Shown here piece by piece: positions 1-9,388 of a DNA stretch of 30,926 bases. Origin of the DNA: Thermomicrobiales bacterium (lineage in GTDB: Bacteria; Chloroflexota; Limnocylindria; Limnocylindrales; CSP1-4); assembly GCA_004525275.1 (NCBI GenBank), contig SPCO01000001.1, positions 1-30,926 on the forward strand. Reading direction: 5' to 3'. Numbering within the stretch: the stretch's first letter is position 1; the number at the start of each line of letters is the position of its first letter. The notes under the pieces were generated by a model that saw nothing but the letters and a program-made list of their open reading frames with translations, was not told the origin of the DNA and did not search any database. Both the position numbers and the translations under genes were made by a program.

Positions 1-24
1 CCTCAGCGGTCTCGGATCGCGACC

Positions 25-1005
25 TCAGTCGAGGGTGAAGTCGTCGGGGTCCTGGTAGCGACCGGTCCGCTGGAACTGGATCTGCATAAGGACGTCGTTG
101 AGCAGCGATGACGCCCCGAATCGGAACCAATACGCCGACATCCATCGCGGTCCGAGGGTCTCGTACAGGATCACCAGGTACTGGATCGCTTCCTTGGCCG
201 TGCGGATCCCACCGGCCGGCTTCATCCCGACCTGGCGGCCCGTGGAGCGCTCGAAGTCGCGGATCGCCTCGAGCATGACCAGGGTCACGGGCATCGTCGC
301 CGCGGGAGTGACCTTGCCGGTCGAAGTCTTGATGAAATCGGCACCGGCCGCCATCGCGAGCACGGAGGCGCGCCGGACGTTGTCGTAGGTCTCCAACTCG
401 CCAGTCTCCAGGATGACTTTGAGGTGGGCCGCGCCGGCGGCCTCCTTGATCTCGACGATCTCCTCGAAGACGGTCAGGTAGTCGCCCGACAGGAAGGCGC
501 CGCGATCGATGACCATGTCGACCTCATCGGCGCCGGCGCCGACGGCAGCCCGCGTCTCGAGCACCTTGACGTCCCGGAACGTCTGGCCGGATGGGAACCC
601 CGTCGCGACGCTGGCGACCTTGACCCGCGAGCCGCGGAGCGCGGCTTTGGCCTCGGCGACGAGAGCCGGGTAAACACAGATGGCGGCGACCGATGGGATG
701 GTCGGATCGCCGGGCTGGGGTCGCATCCCCTTGACGCACAGTGCCCGGATCTTGCCCGGGGTGTCTTTTCCTTCCAGGGTGGTCAGGTCCATCATCGAGA
801 TGGCGAGCTCCAGCGCCCACATCTTCGATGCCTTCTTGATAGAGCGCCGCTTGAGCGAGTCGACCCGCTCCTCGACCCCGACCTGATCGACCGCCGTCAC
901 CCGACCGAGCAGACTGCCGAGCGGCCCTGGTCGTCGGTCCCAAGCACGGATCAACGCATCGGCACGCTCGCGGGTGGCCGTATCAGGTCGTCGAGTGGCG
1001 GTCAT
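25..1005 (-). CDS. deoC: Deoxyribose-phosphate aldolase (long form, ~326 aa)
   Basis: Motifs DLTTL, AAICVYP, GADEVDMVI, LKVILET, FIKTSTGK (Schiff-base Lys), KPAGG. Start moved from GTG 1023 to ATG 1005 because a TATCCT -10 hexamer lies 9 nt upstream of it. Confidence 0.95.
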   Translation of the reverse strand: MTATRRPDTATRERADALIRAWDRRPGPLGSLLGRVTAVDQVGVEERVDSLKRRSIKKASKMWALELAISMMDLTTLEGKDTPGKIRALCVKGMRPQPGDPTIPSVAAICVYPALVAEAKAALRGSRVKVASVATGFPSGQTFRDVKVLETRAAVGAGADEVDMVIDRGAFLSGDYLTVFEEIVEIKEAAGAAHLKVILETGELETYDNVRRASVLAMAAGADFIKTSTGKVTPAATMPVTLVMLEAIRDFERSTGRQVGMKPAGGIRTAKEAIQYLVILYETLGPRWMSAYWFRFGASSLLNDVLMQIQFQRTGRYQDPDDFTLD

Positions 1006-1014
1006 GGGAGGGAG

Positions 1015-1020
1015 AGGATA
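1015..1020 (-). promoter_or_regulatory. Putative -10 element TATCCT of deoC
   Basis: TATCCT on the minus strand, 9 nt before ATG 1005, with no Shine-Dalgarno in between. Confidence 0.55.
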
Positions 1021-1061
1021 CACCTCGATCCGGCCGTGTCGAGCGGACCGGTTTCGCTCCC

Positions 1062-3224
1062 CTATCGCCCGCCGCGAACCCTGGGGAGCGGTGGCAGCCG
1101 GTGGCGGCCGTCGATCAGGAAGTGCCGGAACCAGTCCTCCACGACGTGCAGATTCTCGACCCGCCGGAACGGGGTCCCTGAGCGGGTCAACTCGTGGGTC
1201 TCCTCTGGTACTCGGAGGAGCCTGACCGGCCGGCGCATCGAGCGGAGGACGGTGAAGAGGGCCTCTCCCTGGGCGATAGTCGTACGGATATCCCGCTCGG
1301 AGTGCTGGATGAGCAGCGGCGTCCGGATCCGGTCGGCATAGGTGATCGGCGAGATCTCGCGGAAGTACTCGGGATCTCCCCAGGGCGTCGCGTCGAACTC
1401 AAGCTTGGCCCAGTCGCCACCCGAGATATCGCCGGTCGTGAACAGGACGCCCATATCGCTGACCGAACGGCAGGTCATCGCCGCTCGGAATCGGTCATCG
1501 TGACCGATGATCCAGTTCGTGAGGTAGCCCCCGTATGAGCCTCCGGTGACACCCAATCGATCCGGGTCGGCCAGGCCCTCGGCGACAAGCGAATCCACCC
1601 CGGCCAGCACGTCGCGCATCGGGCCCGGACCCCAGTCACGATGGTTCGCGTCGTTGAAACTCTGTCCATAGCCTTCCGAACCACGTGGGTTGCAGTAGAA
1701 CACCCCGATCCCGGCTGCGGCCAGGATCTGGAACTCCCACATCGGCGCCCAGCCATAGAACGCGTGCGGCCCGCCGTGGATCTGGACGACCAGCGGTCGG
1801 GCCCCGCCGGCGACGGGCAGCAGCCAGCCCTGGATGTCGTGGCCGTCGAGGGTCACGTGCCGCTCCACGGGCTCGACGAGCGCGAGATCGGCCATGACGT
1901 CCGCGTTGAGCGCCGTCAGGCGCAGTGGTTTGGATGCGGTCGTCGCCCTGGCCTTCGACTTTCCCGACGCGCTGTCGAGCAGCCACAGGTCGGGCAGCGC
2001 GGTCGCTGAAGAGCGAAGGTAGGCGAGGCGCATGCCGCTCGAGCCCTCTTCGCTCCCTGGAACCGCGTGCCATCCGGAAATGTAGTGGTGACCCTTGGTC
2101 AGTCGCTCCAACCGGCCATCGGCAACGGCGATCCGCCAGAGCTCGTAGGCGCCGTCGATCGGGGCGCTGAAGTGAAGCCCCCGTCCACCCCTCGAAGGAA
2201 TGAGCGTGGCGCCGGCGCTGGGCGCCACGTCGCTGCTCATCGAAGCTCCGGGCATCAGATCGTACTCGGCCGACAGGTTGCGACCGCCGTCCGGTCGCGC
2301 ATCGGATCCGTCGGCGGCGAACAGCCAGATGTCATTGCGACTGCCCGCACCACCTTCGAGCCGGTGACCAAGGGCCGCGATCGCCTGTCCGTCGGGCAGC
2401 CAGGTCGGTGCCGAGAACACCGACCTCGGACCGCTGGTGATCGCCCTGACGCCGCGCTTCCTGACATCCACGACGTACAGGTCGAGACGCTCGGGTCGGA
2501 GGTCCGCATCGCGTCGACGGTTCGAGGCGAACGCGATCGAACGGCCGTCCGGCGACCAGGCGGGCGCCTTATCGGAGACGCGTCCGTCGGTCAGCCTCGA
2601 TGCGCTGCCCGTCGCCACCTCGACGAGCCAGAGATGGCCGATCCGGTCGTAGGTGAAGCCCTCACCGTTGAGCATGTAGTTGAGTCGGTCGATGAACCGA
2701 AAGTCGGATGGCGGCGGTGCGGCGCGATCACGGCTACGCTCGATCCGCCGCAGCCGATCATCCTCGGTCTGGGTCGCTCCGTGCGAGGTGCTTACGACGA
2801 CGAGCCTTGCTCCATCGGGCGACCACTCGAACCCATCGACGCCGCGGGGCAGATCGGTCAGCCGCCGTGCTTCGCCCCCGTCCAGCGGGAGCAGGTAGAC
2901 CTGAGCGCCGTCCTCCCGGTCCTTCGCCCGCCGGTCGGCGTGGGTCGGACCTGCCTCCACGATGGAGCGCCGATCCGAGATGAAGGCAAGCGACTGGCCG
3001 TCCGGGGCGAAGCGCGGGTGCACGTCGTGGTTTGCGCCGAGTGTCAGCTGGCGAGGTTCGGCCTGCCCTTCCGTGTCGACCAGCCACAGGGCGTGACGGT
3101 AGCCGTTCGAGCCCGGGGCCACGGTCTGGAGGGTGACCACGGCCAGACGGCCATCGGGCGACAGCCGCGGCTCAGTCGCGACCCTGAGGCGGTACAGGTC
3201 GTCTGGTCGGGGGGCGCGTGGCAC
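1062..3224 (-). CDS. S9 family (prolyl oligopeptidase/acylaminoacyl) peptidase with N-terminal beta-propeller, 720 aa
   Basis: Repeated WSPDG/FAPDG (PD40-like) blades; IHGGP; nucleophile elbow GGSYGG; catalytic Asp (ERDIR) and His (ETHEL). GGAGG at 3232-3236 is 7 nt before the GTG. No signal peptide visible. Confidence 0.93.
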   Translation of the reverse strand: MPRAPRPDDLYRLRVATEPRLSPDGRLAVVTLQTVAPGSNGYRHALWLVDTEGQAEPRQLTLGANHDVHPRFAPDGQSLAFISDRRSIVEAGPTHADRRAKDREDGAQVYLLPLDGGEARRLTDLPRGVDGFEWSPDGARLVVVSTSHGATQTEDDRLRRIERSRDRAAPPPSDFRFIDRLNYMLNGEGFTYDRIGHLWLVEVATGSASRLTDGRVSDKAPAWSPDGRSIAFASNRRRDADLRPERLDLYVVDVRKRGVRAITSGPRSVFSAPTWLPDGQAIAALGHRLEGGAGSRNDIWLFAADGSDARPDGGRNLSAEYDLMPGASMSSDVAPSAGATLIPSRGGRGLHFSAPIDGAYELWRIAVADGRLERLTKGHHYISGWHAVPGSEEGSSGMRLAYLRSSATALPDLWLLDSASGKSKARATTASKPLRLTALNADVMADLALVEPVERHVTLDGHDIQGWLLPVAGGARPLVVQIHGGPHAFYGWAPMWEFQILAAAGIGVFYCNPRGSEGYGQSFNDANHRDWGPGPMRDVLAGVDSLVAEGLADPDRLGVTGGSYGGYLTNWIIGHDDRFRAAMTCRSVSDMGVLFTTGDISGGDWAKLEFDATPWGDPEYFREISPITYADRIRTPLLIQHSERDIRTTIAQGEALFTVLRSMRRPVRLLRVPEETHELTRSGTPFRRVENLHVVEDWFRHFLIDGRHRLPPLPRVRGGR

Positions 3225-3254
3225 AGGCGATCCTCCATCGGTCGGGACGCTTCC

Positions 3255-3272
3255 AGTCTAGCGGGCTACCAT
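3255..3272. promoter_or_regulatory. Back-to-back divergent -10 elements: TAGACT (minus, 3255-3260, S9 peptidase) and TACCAT (plus, 3267-3272, ligase-like gene)
   Basis: Both match TAnnnT. TACCAT is 9 nt before ATG 3282; TAGACT precedes a short SD-containing leader. Confidence 0.55.
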
Positions 3273-3281
3273 CGGGGGACG

Positions 3282-4019
3282 ATGGCCGACCAGCTCTCGC
3301 TGCTCCTCGAGGCCGACCGACTGCCCGATCTTCCGGACCTGCGGCCGATGCTTCCGCGGTCGTTGCCGGCGCCGTTCGACTCCGATGCGCACCTGTTCGA
3401 GCCATGGTGGGGCGGCGAACGGGCCGTCGTCTCGATCGGACCGGCCGATACCGAAGGGAGTGGACAGGTCGTCATCCGCGATGCCGCGGGCGTTGATCGA
3501 TCCAGCGTGTTTCCCGAATTGGCCGGTCTGGCGGTCCGAGTGGCGGCTCGGTCGGCCATCCTCGACGGCGAGCTCGTCGTCGTTGATCCCGCGGGTCGGG
3601 CGGACGCCGCTGCGCTCCGGCGACGGCTGGCCGGCGAACCCGGGCGACCGGTGGCCTTCCTTGCCTTCGACCTGCTCCATATCGACGGTCGATCGATGCT
3701 GTCGCAACCCCTGGTCCGCCGACGCGAAGCCCTTCGAAAGGTGCTTCGGCCGGGAGACGAGGTCGTGGCCGTGCCGGCCATCGCCACCGAAGGAGTGGCG
3801 CTCTACGACGCCGTCGTCGCGCAGGGCGTGGCCGGGATCCTGGCCCGACAGCGATCGAGCCCGTACCTGCCCGGAGTCCGGAGTCGGTTGTGGCGGTTCA
3901 TCGGCTCGACGCCGAGCGAGCCTGGGCTGGATGCCGTTGGATCGACAGACGACGAACCCAACGCGGGCGCGGGACCGGTCCTGGCTCTGATCAGCCGCCT
4001 GCCGTTCGACGACATCTGA
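3282..4019 (+). CDS. ATP-dependent DNA ligase adenylation-domain homologue (LigD/LigC-like), predicted catalytically inactive, 245 aa, no OB domain
   Basis: C-terminal part of ORF 2067..4019. Ligase landmarks RPML, ILDGELVV (motif III), FLAFDLL (IIIa), PLxxRRExL and SPYxPGxRS are present; motif I reads EPWWGGER, motif IV AGILAR, motif V WRFIG. Confidence 0.85.
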   Translation: MADQLSLLLEADRLPDLPDLRPMLPRSLPAPFDSDAHLFEPWWGGERAVVSIGPADTEGSGQVVIRDAAGVDRSSVFPELAGLAVRVAARSAILDGELVVVDPAGRADAAALRRRLAGEPGRPVAFLAFDLLHIDGRSMLSQPLVRRREALRKVLRPGDEVVAVPAIATEGVALYDAVVAQGVAGILARQRSSPYLPGVRSRLWRFIGSTPSEPGLDAVGSTDDEPNAGAGPVLALISRLPFDDI

Positions 4020-4026
4020 CCCGCGG

Positions 4027-5342
4027 TCAGGCTCGGCGCGCCGCCGTGACAAAGGCTCGAAGCCCCGGACGCTGGCCGTACAGGAGCACCCCGGCAGCGT
4101 ACATCCGGGTCGCGATGACGGCCACGACGCCGATAGCCGCGATCAGCAACCCGATCGATAGGACGAGCTCCCATGGCTCGACCGCGGACACCATCACCCG
4201 GGCAAGCATGACGAATGGACTGAATGGTGGAAGCAGGGAGGCCAAGGTCACGATCGTCCCACTGCCGCCACCGAGCGCGACGATGGCGATCAGGTAACCG
4301 GCCATGGCCACCAGGCTGAGTGGCAGCGACAACGTCTGCAGATCATCCGGCCGGCTGACGAACGAGCCCATCGCGGCGTAGATCAGGGCAAACAGCGCGA
4401 ACCCGAGGAGGAAGAAGAGGCCATACCCGAGCAGCAATCCAGCTGTCAGTCCACCCAGGGGCGCCCCGGAAATCCAGTCGGGCCCCAGCAGGGCCGAGGC
4501 GATCCGATCCTGGAACGCGAGCAGGATCAGCGCCGGCAGGGCGATCATGGCGTATTGGGTCAGACCTGCCGACCCGATACCGACGACCTTGCCGGCCAGC
4601 ATCTGACGTGGGGAGGCGGCGCTGATCATCAGCTCCATGACCCGGCTGCTCTTCTCCGAGGCGACGCCGGTGGCCACCCACATCCCATAGATGATGATCG
4701 AGATCAGCAGCAGGATGACGAAGACGATCCCGAGCAGATATCGACTGGCGGCCTGGCGGATGTCGAGCGGCGCGCCGCCATCCGTCGCGGTATTGATCGA
4801 CTCGACCGTGTAGGTCGGCGTCACGAATGGAGCGAGTGCCCCGCTCGGCACCCTGGAACTCCAGTCGAGGACACCCACGCCGAACGCGGCCACGCTGAGG
4901 ATCTGGCTGCGCGCGCTGGTCGGTCCCTCGGCGGTTCGCAGCCTGACATCGACGCCCCCGTTGGCCTGGCGCTCGACGAGCATGATCCCCGCGACGAGAC
5001 CCCTGGACAGCAGTGCCTCGGTGGTCTCGGGGTCCGAGCCGATCTCGAGCTGGTAGGGCCGCTGCCAGGTCGCGAGATCGACCCCGGCCGGCGGGCTGTT
5101 GAGCAGTGACTCCGCCACGGCGAGGGCCCGCGTGCCGAGCTCGGCGTCGCTCGAAATGACGACCAGCCGAGAGACACTCTGCCGGTCGATCAGCCTGACC
5201 CCGATGGGTGCGATGGCCACCATCATGGCCAGAACCGCGAGCAGGATGGTCGAGACGATGAACAGCGGGCTACGCGTGCGGTCACGATATTCGCGGCGCG
5301 CGATGATGCCGGCGTTGGGCAGCAGCGGGTCGCGACGGCGCA

Positions 5343-5343
<1 letters not shown>
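4027..5343 (-). CDS. ABC-2 type exporter permease (NatB/YhaP-like), 438 aa
   Basis: IARREY N-terminus, TM1, large extracellular loop, EKSSRVMELMISAASPRQMLAGK motif, multi-TM C-terminus; TGATG overlap with the upstream ATPase. Confidence 0.88.
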
Positions 5344-6311
<968 letters not shown>

Positions 6312-6317
6312 CCTCGG

Positions 6318-6323
6318 AGGATA
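6318..6323 (-). promoter_or_regulatory. Putative -10 element TATCCT of the ABC operon
   Basis: TATCCT 6 nt before GTG 6311. Confidence 0.55.
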
Positions 6324-6332
6324 ACTTGGAAT

Positions 6333-8879
6333 TCAGGCGACCCATGTCCGACCGGTGGCTGTGCGCACCACTTCCGCGACCAGGGCCGGTGCCAGCGCGA
6401 TGGCCGCAACGACCGCCCATTCGGAAAGATCGAGCGGCGAAGCCCTGAACGCATCGGCCAGGATCGGAACGACCGGGATCATGGCCTGGACGAGGATCAC
6501 CACGATGCCGGCCAGCAGGAGGAAGAGGTTCGGCGGCAATCGATGGAAGGGGATCCGGAGGCTTCGGTTGGCGTTGGCCCGGACGGCCTGGGCGACGACG
6601 AGGACCGTGTACGCCAGCCACCGGGTGTGGTCGTCCGAGCCCGGGTCGCTGGCCATCACGACCAGCGCGGCGATCGCGCTGAACCCGCCGGCCACCGCGA
6701 TCCGACCAAGCAGGGGGCTGGTCAGAAGCGGCACACCGCGTCGTCTGGGCGGCCGTTGCATGAGGTCGGGCTCGGCCTTCTCCAGCTCGAACGCGACCGA
6801 GGTCGACACGTCGATGAATAACTCGACCCACAGGATCTGAAGCGGAAACAAGGGCTGGCTGAAGCCATACACGGTGGCGATGAGGATGAAACCCAATAAC
6901 GCGACATGGGTGGAGATGATGAAGACGAGACCCTTCTGCACGTTGTCGACGATCCGCCGGCCCTCGGCCAGGCCGTACATCAGGGTGGCAAAGGAGTCGT
7001 CGCCGAGGACCAGATCGGCGGCCTCCTTGGCGACCCCGGTACCGGAGCCCATCGCGACCGCGACATCCGCCCCGTGGAGCGCGGAGGCGTCATTGATGCC
7101 GTCGCCACTGACCGCGACCGTGCGACCGGCCGCGCGGGCCAGACGAACCAGACGCTCTTTCTGATCCGGTGCCGAGCGGGCGACGATCTGGAGGTCGTCC
7201 AGTTCGCTCGTCAGCCGGGCGTCGTCCCAGGCCGCGATCTCCTCGCCGACGACCACCCGGTCACGATCCAATCCGGCGGCAGCAGCGACCGCCCCGGCGG
7301 TCAGCGGGTGATCGCCGGTCACGATGACGACCTCGATACCCGCCCTTCTCGCGGTCTGGAGCGCCTCGCGGATCCCTTCGCGGAGTGGGTCTGCAAAACC
7401 GATCAGGCCTCGGAGCAGCCAGGGTCCGCCCTCGCGGCGCCTCGCCAGGCCGACGAGTCGTTCCCCGGTGGCCGTGCTCGCCTCGACGAGCGCGACCCAG
7501 GCGTTCGCTTCCCGCGGGTCGGGGGCCGCCATGGCCAGGACCTCCTCGGGCGCACCGATCGCCAATTCGTCGATGCCGTCCGGTCCGCGACCCCGAGTGA
7601 TCGACATCCGCCGCCCATCCTCGACCGGGATCGAGCCCAGGAGGTCGGCCGGATCAAGCGACGGATCGCCACCGGCATCCTCGACTGCCCGGATGAGCGC
7701 AGCCGTGAACGACCCCGGCGCCGTGCCTTCGGCGCGCACCCATGCGTCATCCTCGGCACGAAGCCCCTCACCGAGGATCACCAGCCGGGCCGCACCGGAC
7801 AACGTCCCGCTCAGATCACGAACCGAGGCGACGTCCAGCCGATTGCGGGTCAACGTCCCGGTCTTGTCCGTGATGATCAGATCGACCGCGCCGAGCGTCT
7901 CCTCGGCATTGAGCCGCCGGACGAGAACGTCGCGACGAAGGAGCCGATACGCGCCGAGCCCGAGGATGACGGCCAGAAGGACGAGCGGCTCCTCGGGGAT
8001 CGCGGCGATCGCGACGGAGATCCCGGCGAGCAGATTCGCGCCGGCATCCTCACCTCTCGCGAAGCCGATCCCGACGACGTAGATGATGAGTCCGATGGCC
8101 AGAACGAACAGGATCCGGACCAGGCGGTCGAATTCGGCCTGGATCGGAGAGCGACGTCGCTCGACAGTGCCAAGTCCGGTGGCAATCCGACCCACCTCCG
8201 ATGCCCGGCCGGTCGCGATCACGACGCCTTCACCGCGACCGCCCACGACGCTCGTCCCGCCATAGGCCAGAGCCCGTCGATCGGCCAGTGGTGCTGTGGC
8301 TCGGTCGGGCTCCAGGAGCCCGACCTCGGGGATCGATTCGCCGGTCAAGGCGCTCCGATCGATAAGCAGTCGGTCGGCTCGGAGCAGTCGGAGATCGGCG
8401 GGCACGATGTCGCCGGCCCGGAGGAGCACGATGTCGCCCGGGACCAGACCGATCGACGGTACGTCCTCGACCGCCCCGTCGCGTCGGGCCCGGGCCGTTG
8501 GAGCCGACGCCTCGCGAAGGGCGTCCAGCGCTCGCTCGCTCCGAAAACTGGTCACGACGTCGGCGGCGACGATCGGGATGAGCGCGAGCAGGACAAGCAG
8601 CCCATCGCGAATCTCTCCGATCAGGACCGCCAGTACGCCGGAACCGATGAGCAGGATCAGGAACGGCTCTCTGAGCACCCCCAGGATCAATCGCAGGACC
8701 GAGGTCCGCTGCGCTGCTTCAAGCTCGTTCGGCCCCGCCGCTATCGCCCGCCGCGCGACCTCGGACGACGACAGACCGACGGCGCGCTCAACCCGGAACG
8801 CGCGCTCCACCTCGGCCGCGGGTGTTGCGTGGGCCGTCGCCGCGGTGGAGACCCACGACGCCGACTGGTCGGTCGTCAT
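6333..8879 (-). CDS. Cation-transporting P-type ATPase (P2-like), ~848 aa
   Basis: TGES (A domain), DKTGTLT (phospho-Asp338), DPLR, TGD, SGDGIND and C-terminal TM helices. Start set at ATG 8879; the upstream part of the listed ORF is antisense to the DUF971 gene. Confidence 0.92.
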   Translation of the reverse strand: MTTDQSASWVSTAATAHATPAAEVERAFRVERAVGLSSSEVARRAIAAGPNELEAAQRTSVLRLILGVLREPFLILLIGSGVLAVLIGEIRDGLLVLLALIPIVAADVVTSFRSERALDALREASAPTARARRDGAVEDVPSIGLVPGDIVLLRAGDIVPADLRLLRADRLLIDRSALTGESIPEVGLLEPDRATAPLADRRALAYGGTSVVGGRGEGVVIATGRASEVGRIATGLGTVERRRSPIQAEFDRLVRILFVLAIGLIIYVVGIGFARGEDAGANLLAGISVAIAAIPEEPLVLLAVILGLGAYRLLRRDVLVRRLNAEETLGAVDLIITDKTGTLTRNRLDVASVRDLSGTLSGAARLVILGEGLRAEDDAWVRAEGTAPGSFTAALIRAVEDAGGDPSLDPADLLGSIPVEDGRRMSITRGRGPDGIDELAIGAPEEVLAMAAPDPREANAWVALVEASTATGERLVGLARRREGGPWLLRGLIGFADPLREGIREALQTARRAGIEVVIVTGDHPLTAGAVAAAAGLDRDRVVVGEEIAAWDDARLTSELDDLQIVARSAPDQKERLVRLARAAGRTVAVSGDGINDASALHGADVAVAMGSGTGVAKEAADLVLGDDSFATLMYGLAEGRRIVDNVQKGLVFIISTHVALLGFILIATVYGFSQPLFPLQILWVELFIDVSTSVAFELEKAEPDLMQRPPRRRGVPLLTSPLLGRIAVAGGFSAIAALVVMASDPGSDDHTRWLAYTVLVVAQAVRANANRSLRIPFHRLPPNLFLLLAGIVVILVQAMIPVVPILADAFRASPLDLSEWAVVAAIALAPALVAEVVRTATGRTWVA

Positions 8880-8886
8880 ACCGTCA

Positions 8887-8908
8887 ATGATGGCCGAAGG
8901 GGTACGAT
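8887..8908. promoter_or_regulatory. Divergent -10 pair: CATCAT (minus, 8887-8892) and TACGAT (plus, 8903-8908)
   Basis: Each hexamer is exactly 7 nt before its ATG (8879 and 8916). Confidence 0.5.
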
Positions 8909-8915
8909 CGATGTC

Positions 8916-9293
8916 ATGAACGGTACGACGCCGCTGACGATCCATGCTGATCGCGCCGCGGGCAGCCTGATGATCACCTGGGACGATGGCCATACGACCG
9001 AATACGACGCGGTCGCGCTGCGCTGGCTGTGTCCGTGCGCGTTCTGCCGCGGCGAGGCCGGGATGCCGGGCTGGCTGGATAGTGCTCCGACGCTGACCGA
9101 CGAGCAGACCCGACTCGTGGACGTGGCGATGGTCGGCGGCTACGCGATCGCGCCAAGCTGGGCGGACGGTCATCACACGGGCTACTACACGTTCACGATG
9201 CTCCGCGATCGATGCGGTTGCGAAGCGTGCCTCGCCGACAAGGCCGAGGCTGTCGTGATCCCGGCCCCGGACCGTCATGCGGAGCACGCCTGA
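8916..9293 (+). CDS. DUF971 / gamma-butyrobetaine-hydroxylase N-terminal-like protein, 125 aa
   Basis: C-terminal end of ORF 6906..9293. LxIxWxDGH, LRWLCPCAFC, VGGYAI and WADGHHTGYY match the DUF971 pattern. Confidence 0.85.
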   Translation: MNGTTPLTIHADRAAGSLMITWDDGHTTEYDAVALRWLCPCAFCRGEAGMPGWLDSAPTLTDEQTRLVDVAMVGGYAIAPSWADGHHTGYYTFTMLRDRCGCEACLADKAEAVVIPAPDRHAEHA

Positions 9294-9316
9294 CCGCGGG
9301 TCCTCCGTTCGGGCCA

Positions 9317-9325
9317 TGCTATCCT
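9317..9325 (+). promoter_or_regulatory. Extended -10 (TGcTATCCT) upstream of ppk1
   Basis: TGn-TAnnnT, 63 nt upstream of ATG 9389. Confidence 0.5.
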
Positions 9326-9388
9326 CGCTGGCCGGTCCGAACGCCGCATGACACTGACCTACCCGCCGGAGAAAGACCCACGATCCCG

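Noticed and set aside
2067-3281. N-terminal 405 aa of the 650-aa plus-strand ORF
   Set aside because: Antisense shadow of the S9 peptidase; ligase similarity begins only at ATG 3282, which has its own -10.
6906-8915. Long plus-strand ORF (795 aa) and similar 200-440 aa ORFs opposite ppk1, CHAD, phoR, proS and pit
   Set aside because: Stop-poor antisense frames expected in high-GC coding DNA; no recognisable motifs except the DUF971 tail.
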